NCBI RefSeq assembly: GCF_004010195.1
Contig: NC_057752.1
Span: 2,645,004-2,709,003, forward strand
Direction: 5' to 3'
From: Chiloscyllium plagiosum
Lineage: Eukaryota
DNA: 64,000 bases
The translations under genes were made by a program, and so were the position numbers. The notes under the pieces are model-generated. The model searched no databases. It saw only the letters and a program-made list of their open reading frames with translations, and had not been told where the DNA came from. Positions 49,788 to 62,707 of the stretch are shown here, piece after piece. Position 1 is the first letter of the stretch. Every line of letters begins with the position of its first letter.

Positions 49788-52220
49788 TATCACTCTTAAT
49801 TAATTCTAGGTACATCATTGAAGGTAAGGACATTTTAGAAATTGCATCGCTCCAACGTAATTAAACACCTTATAGGCAATGCTCTGCTTTGAAAAGCCCA
49901 CAAACTATGGATAAGGCGGCAGCCATTTTGCATACAGTAAGATTCCATAACCTTCAGTGAGATGAATGACCAATTAGTCTGGAACAGTTTTGGGAGGGGA
50001 GGGGGATCTCATTGGTTGGGGCTTGAGGATTGGCCAGGACCTCAAGGAGGATCCCTTGCCCTTCTTCAATGGAACTATGAATTTATGTCTAGATCAGAAA
50101 TACCAGGCTCAAGCCTCAATTCCCCACTCTAGAGGCTGGAGCACAACAATCTAGGCTGACTGTGGAACTGCTGCACTGCCCGAGCTGTTGTCAGCCATTT
50201 ATGACCTTAACCTGGTGCCCTGTTGGCCTACTGTGCTGGCATTTTGCAGGACAGTGGGGCAATTGTCTCCTGTGCTCTGAGCAACATCGATCGGCATGAC
50301 ACACACAAAAAAAGAGAGAATCAGATGATGACATTGCTGCTTGTGGGAGTTTGCTGGGTGCAAACTGGATTCTGTACTTGCCACAACAACACTTCAAAAG
50401 GTACTTCATTGCCTGGGAAGCACTGTGAATCGTCTGGTAGTCATGCAAGTTGCTATGTAAATGCATACCTGAAGCATGTTTTAATGAAATTGGAAAGGCA
50501 ATTTTAAAATTGAGTAAACCTGACTGAGAGCCAGTGTTGATCAATGAAGGAAAGTGAAGGAAGGCGATTTGCTGCATGTTAGGCCACCAGATGAAAATTA
50601 GTGACTGTGACGTGCTGGGAATTTACCTTCTGGCAGAGATCTACAGGGGATGTATTACCAGAGGTGAGTTGGATGAAGAGAAGGTTGTCAGAATTAGGCA
50701 TTAGTGGGCACACAGGTCTGGAAGGCTGGTGAGAGAGACAGAGAGAGAGTGGGAAGTGGGCAGCTGAAGTTGCTGCATGCAACAGGTGCCTTACAGAGAA
50801 TGAAGAAGGAAACTGCCAATTTACTCTGAGTGGGCGTCGAATCTGGGATGGCCACAGGAGAGCTACAGTACCAAGGGAGCACTGAAGGGTGAGTGTTGGG
50901 GGATTCAGAAGGGCACAGTGCAGGAGAAGAGAAGGGAGAGGAGGCACAATGACAAAGAGAGGGGTCTAGGAAGGTCAAAGAGAAAGTAAATACAGAAGTT
51001 TTGAAACGTGATTGTACACAGTATTTGGAGGTTGGAGAATGGTTTCCACAATGGTTTATATGGAGGTAGGATTGCCATCAGTGTTGCCTCAAATTTGTGT
51101 GCGCTATGGTCCTTTTAAGACTGACACATGACTAACTGTACATATCTTACAGGGGCCATGGCTAATGTGCAACCTGCTTGCAAGGCACATGATGGCTGCC
51201 GGACTGAATATCTACACACACCTTCTAGCGAACATCAGTTCCCTCAATCTGTTAATCTTTTTGTGCACTCCAACAGTGGGTTGGCTTCACTCTGAGCTAC
51301 TGAGTGATTGCCCACACCTCCACGAGGACATTCTTTGCTTTCCGTTTCATTCATCATTCCTCCCTGTAGTTCCTGTTCTCACATTTTCCAACATAATTCG
51401 CCAACTCTCTGCCCATTTCTCAAGTATCTCCAGATCTCATCCTGCATTGGAGCATCTGCCACCTCCAGATCCTTCATGAAGGGATCAAACAAGATTAATC
51501 TCAAAGCAGATCCTGGTAGGCCTCACTGAGAACATTGCCCCTGGTTGACGACAACACCTTGTACGAGTTCCCCTCTGGGTTCTTTCATTCAACCACTTAC
51601 ATATCTATTATACAATACTTCCACTGATTCCCGCTCTTTTTTATTTTCAGTACCAGCCTCTCCAGAGGATCTGTGTCAAAAAGGCCGTACTGCAATCCAA
51701 GTACACCTCATCCACTGCATTAACTCTGTCCAGCTACTTTGTCACACTCTCAAAGAAAACCAGTAAGTTACACGTCAAAACCTCCCCTTCATGAATTCAC
51801 GTTGTCTTTCTCTTTTCTGATTTTGCTTTCTAAACAGATGCTCCGCGAACTTATCTCTGCTAAGTGTTTGCATAACTCAACCACAGTGGTTGCCAAGTTT
51901 CATGGGTCAGTAATTTCCTGGGTTGTTTCTGGCTGCTGTTTTTAACACCGGGAGGAACACCTGCTTTTCCCCAGTCGCTGTGTGGCCTTGCCAATGTTCT
52001 GGTACTTCTAGAAGATTAGGATTGAGGTTCCTCACTTAATTTATGTATCTAGGGACAAAGTCCTGAAGGCAGCAAGCTTGGAGACAGAAAGGGCATCTCA
52101 TGAGGCAGGGTGGTACCACACCAAAACCTTGCCAACTTTCCACTTCAACCAGAATTAATTTGTAGGCAGCAAGGGTCATGTTTGACCTTCTTAGCCCATT
52201 GCTAATTGAGGTCCTTAAGA

Positions 52221-52350
52221 AGGGAAAGTGAGGACTGCAGATGCTGGAGTTCTGAGTCAAAACGTGTGGTGCTGGAAAAGTGCAACAGGTCAGGCAGCAT
52301 CTGAGGAGCGGGAGAGTCGACATTTCGGGCATAAGACCTTCAACAGGAAT
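52221..52350 (-). mobile_element. Single-arm family A PLE terminus
   Basis: gggaaagtgaggactgcagatgctgg...caggaat flanked by gtccttaag / gtcttaag. Confidence 0.8.
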
Positions 52351-53411
52351 GTCTTAAGTAGCCAATTAATAACCACTCAAGGGCCTCCTCCTGGGATTAT
52401 CATAGCTACAGATGGGCCTATCACCATATGGCATTCCTGATAGCTGCATACCTGAGGACCACGGTGGGGTTTCCTCGATCAAGGGCAATCAGGGCCTGAT
52501 CAAGGGACTGGACATCGGGTGCAGGGGTGGGGGTAGCGGTGTTTACTGGGAGCTGCTCCCCACCCTTGCTTTCTGCCCCTCACTCCATGCAGCCCACAAC
52601 CAAAACCACTTGCTGATTGCTTACCTTTGACCTGGGTCCTCTGAGCGCAAAACCTGCCAGCTTCTGATTGGCTGATGGATCTTTCTGGACTGAATATCCT
52701 TCTGGGGTCTTGATTCCAGGGGTGTGTTCACTGGTGCCCTTGGCACTGTCTGATTGGCATGTGGTTTGGTAAGCCTTCTCCAGAAGAAGCAAAACGGGTC
52801 TCTCTCTGGCTTGCCAGCCCACTGACAGGATCCCTGACACCTCAACAAGATTTATTTTACATTTAGACAAGTGCTTGACCATGCCTGTCGTGATACATTA
52901 CCTTGACAAAATGCTTGTGATCCCTCTCCAGATCAAATAAATTACTTATCTCCTCCTTGATTAAAGCTGAGGCTGAATACCCTAATAGTATTCTAGCAGC
53001 CTGTGTGCCATCAGTTGCCATGCTTCACCTTTCTGTAGACCCCACTCCAGCTTTCACAAATGAAAATGTTTTGGTGTTCTCTTTCAGTTGTCCCATTGTA
53101 TTCAAACTGAAAGCTTTCTTTCAAATATTGCTGATATTTTGAAACACCTGCCATTTTGCCATTGAAGTTGTTTTAACTTGTCATCCAGTTGTTGTATTTA
53201 ATGGTACCTACTCATGGTGTTATTTTGCTGTCAGCAACCAGTACCAGTTTGTTCTCTAGTTCTGCTGTGTTTCTGTTTTTTCAGTCTGGCTGTGGTATTA
53301 GTTTGTTGACTGGTTTGTCAGTGCACTAACCTCTCTGTAATCCTGCCCCAAATGTTGGTAATCCTACAGAGATGCCCTGGTGCAAGGGTCAGGAAGAACA
53401 CACTGGCTCAG

Positions 53412-54185
53412 TAACATAAAAACAAAGAAAACTAAAGCAGAAGTAGGCCACTCAGCCCTTCTAGACTGCTCATCCATTCAATATGATCATGGCTGATCAT
53501 CCAACTCAGTATCCTGCTCCTGCTTTCTCCCCAAACCTTTTGATCCCTTTAGCCCTGGGAACTATATCTAACTCCTTCTTGAAAACATTCAATGTTTCAG
53601 CCTCAACTACTTTTTGTGACAGAGAATTCCACAGGCTCCCCACTTTCTGGGCGAAGACATTTCTCCCCATCTCAGTCCTAAATGACCTATCTTTTGTATC
53701 TTTGGACTGTGATCCTTTGTTCTGGACTCCCCACTCATTGGGAACATCCTTCCTGCATTTACCTTGTCTAAACCTAGAATTTTATTGACTTCTCTGCCTT
53801 TGCCCCTCATGTAGATTCCAGTGAATACCGACCTAACTGATCCAGTCTCTCTTCATACGTTACTCCTGCCATCCCGGGAATCAGTCTGGTAAATCTTCGC
53901 TGCATTCACTCCAATGTCAGAACATCCTTCCTCTGATGAGTAGGCCAAACTGCACACAATATTCTAAGACTCTGTACAATTGCAGGAAGATATCCCTACT
54001 ACACTCAAATCCTCTCACTATGAAAGCCAACATACCATTTGCATTCTTCCCCGCCTGCTGCTCCTGCATGTGACTGGTATACAAGGACACCCAGGTCTCA
54101 TTGCATTTCCCCATTCCCCCAACTAGCCCCTTTCATATCCTGTTTTTGCTACCAACATGGATAATCTCACATTCAACCACATTCT
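53412..54185 (-). mobile_element. CR1 RT C-terminus and 3' tail
   Basis: NANGMLAFIVRGFE...LYRVLEYCVQF. Confidence 0.85.
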
Positions 54186-54591
54186 TCATATTATCTGAGG
54201 GCTGCTGCCGGCCTTACCTTCTGGCATAATTCCGATCCGGCCTCAGTGTCACTATGTGTGTGGTTACAGGTGAGGCATCTTATCGGAGCAGAACAGAGGA
54301 AGGCGAAAGGCACTTATGTTGAGTTCAGCAGCCACAGTGGTGCCAACAGATTCTGGGAACCCACTCTGAAGCAATGCCCGCACTATAGAGAGATGTCTGC
54401 TATCTCTCTTTTGGGGTGCTGTTTCCTGATCTCTGACCTCATTGTTGTATAGTGGTGACTTATTTGGCTGGCAACACAGGTTCTTGGGGAGGTCACCAGC
54501 AATGGCACAGAAAGAGAGCATCATCCCGTAGAGACCGAAAAGGTGGAATAAAAAGAGGAATAAAAACATTTGATGAGCCTGGCAGCCTCTG

Positions 54592-54593
<2 letters not shown>

Positions 54594-54626
<33 letters not shown>
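54594..54626. repeat. (GA)n microsatellite
   Basis: Direct reading. Confidence 0.95.
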
Positions 54627-54629
<3 letters not shown>

Positions 54630-55024
54630 GTGTTCAGGTTGAGGACCTATCAGAACAGGCCAACATGGAACAGATTTAAAGCAAGTAAGGAGGCAGTGAT
54701 AAGACTAAAGGGAAGATAAAATAGGATAAAACAAGGGAAGGTCTGTGATGGATGGGAGGCAGGAGAGATTAAGTGACCAAAGGGTTTGCAGTGCAAGACA
54801 AAAGGGGATGCTAATGGGTCAAATAAAAAAATAACATATGGACATAGAGCTATTGCCACTATCTGCTGTCCAAGAAAAGAGATGCAATGGGTATGTGATG
54901 AGATTATTGCTTTTGGTTTTGTAACTAACAATGGCTACTAGATGAAGTGCTGCTCCTAGAGCTCACGTTGAGCTTCAGTTGATGCATTTGAGAGGACGAG
55001 GGCAGACTTTACACACCACATGTG

Positions 55025-55505
55025 GCAGATAAGCTGCAGAACTGGGCAGAAAGGTGGCAAATGGAGTTCAATGTAGCTAAGTGTGAGGTGATTCACTTTG
55101 GTAAGAATAACAAAAAGATGGGGTACTGGGCTAATGGTCGGATACTTGGTAGTGTGGATGAGCAGAGGGATCTTGGTGTCCATGTACACAGATCTCCGAA
55201 AGTTGCCACCCAGGTAAATAGTGCGGTAAAGAAGGCATATGGCGTACTGGCTTTTATTGGTAGAGGAATTGAGTTCCGGAGTCCTGAGGTCATGATGCAG
55301 TTGTATAAAACTCTGGTGCGGCCGCATCTGGAATATTGTGTGCAGTTTTGGTCGCCATACTATAGGAAGGATGTGTATGGGCATTTAAGTGGGCACTGGA
55401 TAGGCATATGGAGGATAGTGGGCTAGTGTAGGTTAGGTGGGCTTGGATCGGCGCAACATCGAGGGCCGAAGGGCCTGTACTGCGCTGTATTCTTCTATGT
55501 TCTAT
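55025..55505 (+). mobile_element. CR1 3' fragment with internal deletion
   Basis: WAERWQMEFNVAKC...LYKTLVRPHLEYCVQFWSPYYRKD then jumps to the terminal segment; tail ttctatgttcta. Confidence 0.9.
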
Positions 55506-56074
55506 ATAAGGCCAGAGGCTAGCTTGAAAACTAAAACAGGACTCTGCACATGATGTCCACACTGCTTCTTGCTGAGTCAGCAGGCAGATTCTCTTCGGGC
55601 CTGTGCCCAGACATCTTCAAGCTGCCCTGGCATTTCAGATGTTGATGTTTGCAGCAGCTAGATGGACCAACCTCTTGGCACGGCTGGGAACCAACGTGCC
55701 AAGCATTGGCTGACGTGATGTGGTGCCCAGATCAACCAGCCCTGCTTTCAGTCCAGTGACAGGCATTGCTGTTATCAATGTTAATGGGTGAAGTTGGCAG
55801 AGGCAAGTGTTCAGGCTCTGGTGATTTGCTTGCACAGTTGGTGCAAGGTGGTTGGCGCAGGATGGCAACCACAGCGTGGCACTGGCATCACAAAAGACTC
55901 CAACCCCAGCGGCAATTGTCTAGTAAGAAACACTCTTTGAACATTGCCTTGACCAATCTTGCTGACATGTCCCCCTCAGTGGGCCGAGGGAGGGGGCCAC
56001 AAGCTGCATGTGAAGTTGGATGTCAGTGGAGCCTGGCATAAAGAATGCCCAGCAGCTTATTCAAGTTTGGGTGC

Positions 56075-56378
56075 AATCATAGGAGGTATAGATAAGGTGA
56101 ATGGCAGGTGTCTTTTCCCTGGTGTGTGGGATTTCAAGATGAGGGGGAAACTTTCTTAAACAGAGTGGTTCATGTGCAGAATGAACTTCTAGAGGATGAA
56201 GTGGATGTGGACACATTACAACATTTAAAAGACATTTAGTTAAGTACATGAATAAGAAATGTTTGGAAGGATATAGACAAAACACAGGCACATGGGACTA
56301 GTTTGGTTTGGGATTGTGGTAGGAATAGGCTGATTGGACTGAAGGGTCTGTTTCTGTGCTGTATGACTATGACTCTAT
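56075..56378 (+). mobile_element. CR1 3' end
   Basis: GIDKVNGRCLFPG; tail atgactatgactctat. Confidence 0.82.
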
Positions 56379-57257
56379 CTGAGATAACATGCAACAGGTA
56401 CACAAGGGAGACAATAATTGAAACAAAGGGTGTGATAAAATAGGGTGGCAGGAGGCTTGTATGCAGCATGAACACTTGCATAGAGCAGATGGGCCAAATG
56501 GCCTGTCACTCTGCCGTAATTTGGTAGAATTCATTGTAATCTATAAAAAGGGGTGGGGGTTGGTCACTCAACTAAAATTCCGCTCTAGCTTGCTTACTGG
56601 TAACCCTGATGAGCCGTAAAGGGTTATACAGGGCTGGGCAGCGATATCCCTTGGCGTTGAAGTTGTGTCGGTGAAGGGAAGGCTTCCTAAGCCAGCGAAC
56701 ATGCCCGAGACTGAGCTGGTGGTGCCCGGATCTCTGGTCTCAGTGGCCAGCATGACAGAGCGAGTGGAAAAGGGGACAGATGCAGCCTCCTGTTCAGGAG
56801 ACCAAGCCTGGTTCAGTCTGTGGCTTCTCGCACGCACTTGGCCACCAGTGCAATTAATCACCAGAATAAACTGTAATGAACACCGAGCCATTGAGAAAGA
56901 GCATGAGATCACACGGATGCCTTTGCTTGAATGAGTCATTCAGGAAATTTATACGCACTCTCGAGGCTGTAGCTGACGAGAACAGGAAATATTTTTGCAC
57001 GTGACAAGATTTATTTATAGAGGCTCCTGATTCATTTAACTCTGGTAACCTTTTCCCTCCTAGGAAGGGGGGAATTGTTCAAAGCAGACTGCTTGCTTTG
57101 AACATGAGAAATCTGAGGAAGAGTGGACTATTTGGCCCACTGAGAGCATCCTGCTATTTTGTGTATCAGTTTCTCTCATTCTTACTCTGACCTCTCTTGT
57201 GTTAATCAAGTGGATTTGGGTGTTTAATTTTACTTTATTCAGAGTAATGTGTGTCAC

Positions 57258-58140
57258 TGGTCCAGCATTTATAGCCTTTCCCTCATTCCCCTAGAGAAGG
57301 TAGTGGTGAGCTGCCTTCTTGAACCACTGCAGTCTGTGTGCTGTAGGTAGACCCACAATGCCCTTAGGGAGGGAATTCCAGGATTTTGACCCAGCAACAC
57401 TGAAGAAACAGTGATACATTGCCAATGTCGAGAGTGTGGTGCTGGAAAAGTACAGTGGGTCAGGCAGCATCCGCTGAGCAGGAGAATCGACGTTTCGGGC
57501 ATAAGCCCTTCATCAGAAATTAATCATTCCTGATGAAGGGCTTATGCCTGAAATGCTGATTCACCTGCTTCTTGGATGCTGCCTGATCTACTGTGCTTTT
57601 CTAGCACCACACTCTCGACTCTGATCTCCAGCATCTGCAGTCCTCACTTTCTCCTCCTTCAGGGATGTAGTGCCAACCAATTGGGCTGCATTGTACTGAA
57701 TGGTGTCGAGCTTCTTGAGTGTTGTTGGAGCTGCACTCATCCAGGCAAGTGGGGAGTAGTCCATCACACTCCTGACTTGGGCCTTCTAGATGGTGGACTG
57801 GCTTTGGGGAGTCAGGTGGTGAGTTGCTCACCACAGTATGCCTAGCCTCTGTGACCTGCTCTTGTATTCATTGTATTTATACAGCTAGTTAAGTTGTGTT
57901 TCTGGTCAATGGTAACCCCCAGGATGGTGATAGTGGATGTTTCAGTCATGGTAGTGTTGTTAAATGTCATGGGACAATGGTTAGATTGTGTTTTGTTGGT
58001 GTTGGTCATTGCCTAGCATTTGTGTGGCGCAAATGTTACTTGCTACTTGTCATGCCAAGCTTGGATATTGTCCAGGTCCCACTGCATTTGACCTTGGACT
58101 GCTTCAGTTCCTAAGGAGATGTGAATGATGCTGATCACTA
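57258..58140 (-). mobile_element. LINE 3' fragment (same family as 6785-7450), interrupted by a family A hairpin (~57427-57655)
   Basis: Reverse-complement similarity to 6800-7420; hairpin centred ~57523 with intact minus-strand core at 57489-57516. Confidence 0.82.
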
Positions 58141-59992
58141 AGTGGTGTTTCATGCTTTACACTGTTATAGATTTAGGGATAGACAGGGAGAGCATTGGGG
58201 CAGGGTAATGAAGTTGTGGGTATGTTATAGGTGTTATGCAGAGGAAGGGGTTGGAGTATACGAGGAGGATTTTCTGTTTGGACAGCTGTTTGGCCACAGT
58301 ACTATTTATGGAAGTGCATACTACACTGTGGGCTGTTGTGAGATGAGGATAGGATACGGACATATCAGAAGCCGAGAGATGGGATTGGAGATAGCAGTGC
58401 AGACAGAATCACATGGGTGTGTGAGAATGGAGTATACAGTAATTGATATCTCCTTGTACACCATTGTTTAGGATACCACACAGAGAGTGCTTCACAGCTG
58501 ATAAGGTCCTTTGGAAGTGCAGTTACTGTTGTAATGGCAACAGTCTCTTTGCACACGTGGCTCAATGATGCTGGTTAAGCAGCACTGGAGGATTCCCCAG
58601 AACCTTTTTGGGATCTTTTCCATCCACTGGAGAGGGCCTCAATTTCACATTCCACCCAAAAGGTGACACTTAAAATTGGACCAGGGTCCTTTTGGTACCT
58701 CATTTATACATTTCCACACACATAATTTTTCTCGCTGTATTCGTTCACAGGATGTGGGCATCACTGATTTGGCAGTATTTATTGCTTATCCCTAATTACA
58801 ATTAGGGCAGAGGGCAGTTAAGAGTCAACCACATTGCTGTGGGTCTGGAGTCACATGTTGGCCAGACCAGGTAAGGACTGCAGATTTCCTTCCCTAAAGG
58901 ACATCAGTGAACCAGATGAGGTTTTATGGCAATTGATAATGGTTGCCACTAAGCTAATTTTAAAATTTAATTTGAAAATGAACTTGTAGGATTTGAATTC
59001 ACGTTGCCAGACCATTAGCCTGGGGCTCTGAAGTATTAGCCCAGAGACATTAACATAAGACCACAACCTCTCCAATTGGGACAAATGGGATTTTAGTATC
59101 TTTGACTGGAATTATGTTGGGGAGTTGAGTAAAATAATTTTAATCGACAAAAGGCTAATCTCTGTCTCATTGTACATAGACTGAGCAATAGTGCCACTTT
59201 TCATAATTTTCTAATGTATGTCAGCAGGAAGGCATGCTCAGCTGGTTAAAGATTTGTTGGAAAATACGGGTGGTCCATTATAACATTGGTTGTTTTCTCA
59301 GTGGAAAGGGGCCATGAACTTTAGGCAGGGGTCACTCAGGCGTCAAGGAAGGGGGTCGGGTGACTACATGGTGATTGGGACCACCTCGTACGTTGAGAAA
59401 TGCAGCCCTCAGGGTGGGCCCACATAAGAATTTGAAAGAGAAAGCAATTTTCTGGGTAGAAATATATTTTTTAAAATTAGTCAGGAGGATTATGGGAAAT
59501 CAGAACATTCAGAAACCAATGATGTGTTTGAACCAGCGAATCAAAAACTAGACTTTGAATTGGCATTGACTTGACAGAGAACCAAAGGCTTGCATTTATA
59601 TAGCACCTACTTCAGCGTGAGCTAAAGCTCCTTGTAGTCAATGTAATACTTGTTGAAGTGTAAGCACTTGTGTAATGTAGGGGGAAACGCAACAGCTATT
59701 TGGTGCACAGCAAGCTCCAACATGATAATGACCAGATAATCTGCTTTATTATGTTGCCTGAGGGACACTTATTGGTCAGAAGGTTAGAGAGCGCCACCTC
59801 ATCTCCCGCTCCTCTTTGAAACAATGCCAGGGGAGTTCAGGATTGGCAAATGGAGCTGTGGTTTAATCCCTTGCCTGAAATGCACCACTTAGTACAGTTC
59901 TCTATCAGGGCTCCCCCTGGAGGCTCAACCTGAGGCTAATGGCCTTAATGCTGATTTACGTAATTTCTGAATTGTCCTTTTCTTTGTAACAG

Positions 59993-60051
59993 GTATGGTA
60001 AAATCGTCTCCACAAAGGCCATTCTGGACAAGACAACCAACAAGTGCAAAG
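59993..60051 (+). CDS. RBMS2: RBMS-family coding exon (exon-3 equivalent; RRM1 middle)
   Basis: ttgtccttttctttgtaacag|G TAT GGT AAA ATC GTC TCC ACA AAG GCC ATT CTG GAC AAG ACA ACC AAC AAG TGC AAA G|gtagga = (P)[19 protein letters not shown](G). 59 nt; the first G completes the CC-G Pro codon of the previous exon. Not shown in this frame by the ORF track. Confidence 0.93.
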
Positions 60052-61675
60052 GTAGGAGACTGTTCTTGTCCAGTGTTTGGTATTAAAGGACTTAGAAGCT
60101 CGAAGCAGGGAGCCTTGACACAACTGTCCACCCCTTGCCCCCACTCAGATGCAGACCTATCATTCATAATTTTGGCATTCCCCGATTTTAAGCTGCGCTA
60201 GCATGGAAGGTGAGGAAGCTCAGAGAAGCCATTGCAATTGTGGAGTTATCGTCAGTTCCTTGTTGGAATCCGAGGTTAAGTATTGTAAAGGGATGTTGTA
60301 ATCTGCATTGAGGTGTGATAACTGCATTGTGATTTTGTTTTTAATGCGAGTTTTCAGCCAGTCACCTGAACAAACTAGTTGGATTTGACCTGAGATCAGC
60401 AAGGTGTGAGATAACGGGGAATGCGATCTTGTGCTTTGATTGCAAAATGAGGAGTGAATTGCTCTGGTAACTGTATTTATACTGTGGTAATTTCTGCTAC
60501 TGTACTGTCCAAACAAGTTTGCAAATGGGTTGACGTTGCTCAGTGAGATGCCAACGATACTGAAATATTCGGACGAAATTCTCCTTCTTTGGGGATTGTG
60601 GTAACAACAACTTGCATTGATATAGCGCCTTTGTAGTTTGAACATCCCAAAAGAAGTGTTATCAGCTACAAAATTCGGTTCCGAGTCACATGTAATGGAG
60701 ACGGGAGAACAGATGGCCAAATGTTTGGTCACAGGGTGGATTTTTCAGAGGGGACAGAGGTGGAGAGGTTAAGGGAGGGGATTGCAGAGCTTGATACCCA
60801 GGCAGCTGAAGGCACGTAGTGACTTAAAATTGGGAGGAGCTTGGAGGTTTGTAGGGATGGATGACTTTACAGAGATAGGTAGGGGAGGGATTTGGAAATC
60901 AGGATGTGAGTGAAAATCAAGACCAAGCTTCAGTGAGTATAGGTGTGATGGCTGAACAGGATTCAGTGTATTTTAGGATGTTGCTCAGTAAAATCTCAAA
61001 TGAGCTCAAGTTTGCAGATAACTAAACAGATTTGGCCTCCATTCAGATAACGATACTTGTCTTTTCTTTATGCTCTCACAGGATGTGGGCGCTGCTTGCG
61101 AGGTTAGCATATATTGCTCATCCCTAATTGCTCATCCCTCTTGACTAAGTCGCAATGGACTAGCTGCTTAAACCACTGCGATCCGTGTAGTGTAGGGCAT
61201 TCTTGGTGCTGTTACGCAGGGAATCGAGAGGATGATTTGAACCTGAAATGGTTTGCATGAACCTTCATTCAGTGGGAGCAGGGCAGGATTCAAAATCTTT
61301 GCTTCCTCGCTGCTTATTCCATGGGAAAAGGCTCAGGATTCTCCAGTCATTGCTTTGGGGTGGTGACTTGAGGGGAAGGTGGGGGGGAGAGGTGAATGAA
61401 CTACAGTTCCGTTAGTGTGAAGCTGGGAGCTGGCAAACAGCCCGCAGAGCAAAGAGTACCACAATTATATTCTTTGTCAGCAAATAGGTTTTAGTAGATG
61501 ACTTTTTTTAAAAAAAAGCAAGGCCTTTTTATTTCTCACAAAACTGCATTGGTATTTTCTCTTTACCCTTCACACTTCCCCTCCTACACTACTGACCCCA
61601 CAGAAAGTATCATTCTCATCCACAACAAAACACAGGTTTGAGATCTTCAAATGCAGTTCTTTGCAGATCATTCTG

Positions 61676-61860
61676 TTCTCTCTCACTCATTCGCTTGCTC
61701 TCACTCACTCACACTCTCTCTCTCTCCCTCTCTCTCTCTCTCTCACACACACACGCTTTCACAGGCCTCACATTCCTTGGATTCTGGCTGTCTGTCGATC
61801 ACAGAGAGGTCACAGTGGACAACGCTTGTTGCGGAGAGAATCAGAGAGAGAGAGAGAGAG
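61676..61860. repeat. (CT)n(CA)n tract and downstream (AG)n tract
   Basis: CT run 61714-61744, CA run 61744-61754, AG run 61843-61860. Confidence 0.9.
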
Positions 61861-62707
61861 CATGCAGTAAAGTTGTCTGAAACATGTAACAGCATCTGTG
61901 CAAGTATTTATACACATAGAACTCGGTGTTCTTCCAGCAGCATTTCCTGTTGAGGTTGGCGAGCCAAAGTGGGCTGGGGGGATGGGGAGAGTCGATTCAC
62001 CTTCAGTCCTCCTGAGGGTGACCAGAGTGGGCCATTTTAGAATCTACAACAGTTCTATGGCAATCCAAATAAAGTTGTGGTGGTTTGAACTCAATGCCCC
62101 GGGGGCAACGTTTGTGGTAATTAAAGAGCAAATAACCTACCACATGTCCCACAAATCATCACCATGGGAATATTGGTAGACTTGACCTCTGGCCTTCTGT
62201 TCTCCACGCCCCCCCCATCCAAACCCTCCTCCACATTATTCCTTACTGTCCACTGTTTTTGGGAGTTCAGTCTGCTGCAACCATTGATTTTTCTTTTAAA
62301 TTCCAAAACAATATCTCTCTCATTTGGTCATACTGCATTTAATGAATTGTTTTTACAAAAATAAATGTTATGATTTAAAACTTTGTCAGATCTTGGCAGC
62401 CATGCATGCATGTTTTTGGAGGGAAAAAAAGTATGACCTTTTTATTTAAACCATGACTCAACGTTGCCATCCTTTACTATGTCCATTTAAAAGAGAGAGT
62501 GCTTCTCAGCTATTTGACTGGAGCAGCTTTGCAACCCAGAGCTGACCTGGCATCTGCACACCCAGACTTTCCAGCGGGCTGAGTGCACTGATCAGGAGCC
62601 AAGGTCCTGCCACATTTGCTGTCATGCCAAAAAAAGTGTTAATGTGAAGGAAGGAAAAGTCACAGGTCAGTGGTGATGCCTATACAGTTTGCCAACACTC
62701 AGGTTAG

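Larger units (their letters stand above)
35241..59992 (+). other. GT-AG intron of the RBMS gene (~24.75 kb, phase 2)
   Basis: gtaagt donor and tttgtaacag acceptor link two exons that encode contiguous RRM1 sequence (LCQP/YGKIV). Confidence 0.88.

Noticed and set aside
56596..56630. CTGATGAG inside a taaccct/agggtta hairpin, resembling a hammerhead start
   Set aside because: No GAAA after a closable stem II and no NUH/stem III arrangement found nearby.
3767..57655. Recurring palindromic repeats as CRISPR repeats or DNA-transposon MITEs
   Set aside because: Vertebrate intronic context, dispersed rather than arrayed, no cas genes; variable long TSDs and identity to PLE termini indicate a retroelement origin.
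59985..59998. acag|GTATGG resembling a recursive splice site
   Set aside because: The GT is dictated by the Pro/Tyr codons of a conserved coding exon, and the reconstituted donor CC|GTATGG would be weak.
59995..60201. 68-aa ORF overlapping the RBMS exon
   Set aside because: Wrong frame; the true exon reads YGKIVSTK... and ends at the 60052 donor.
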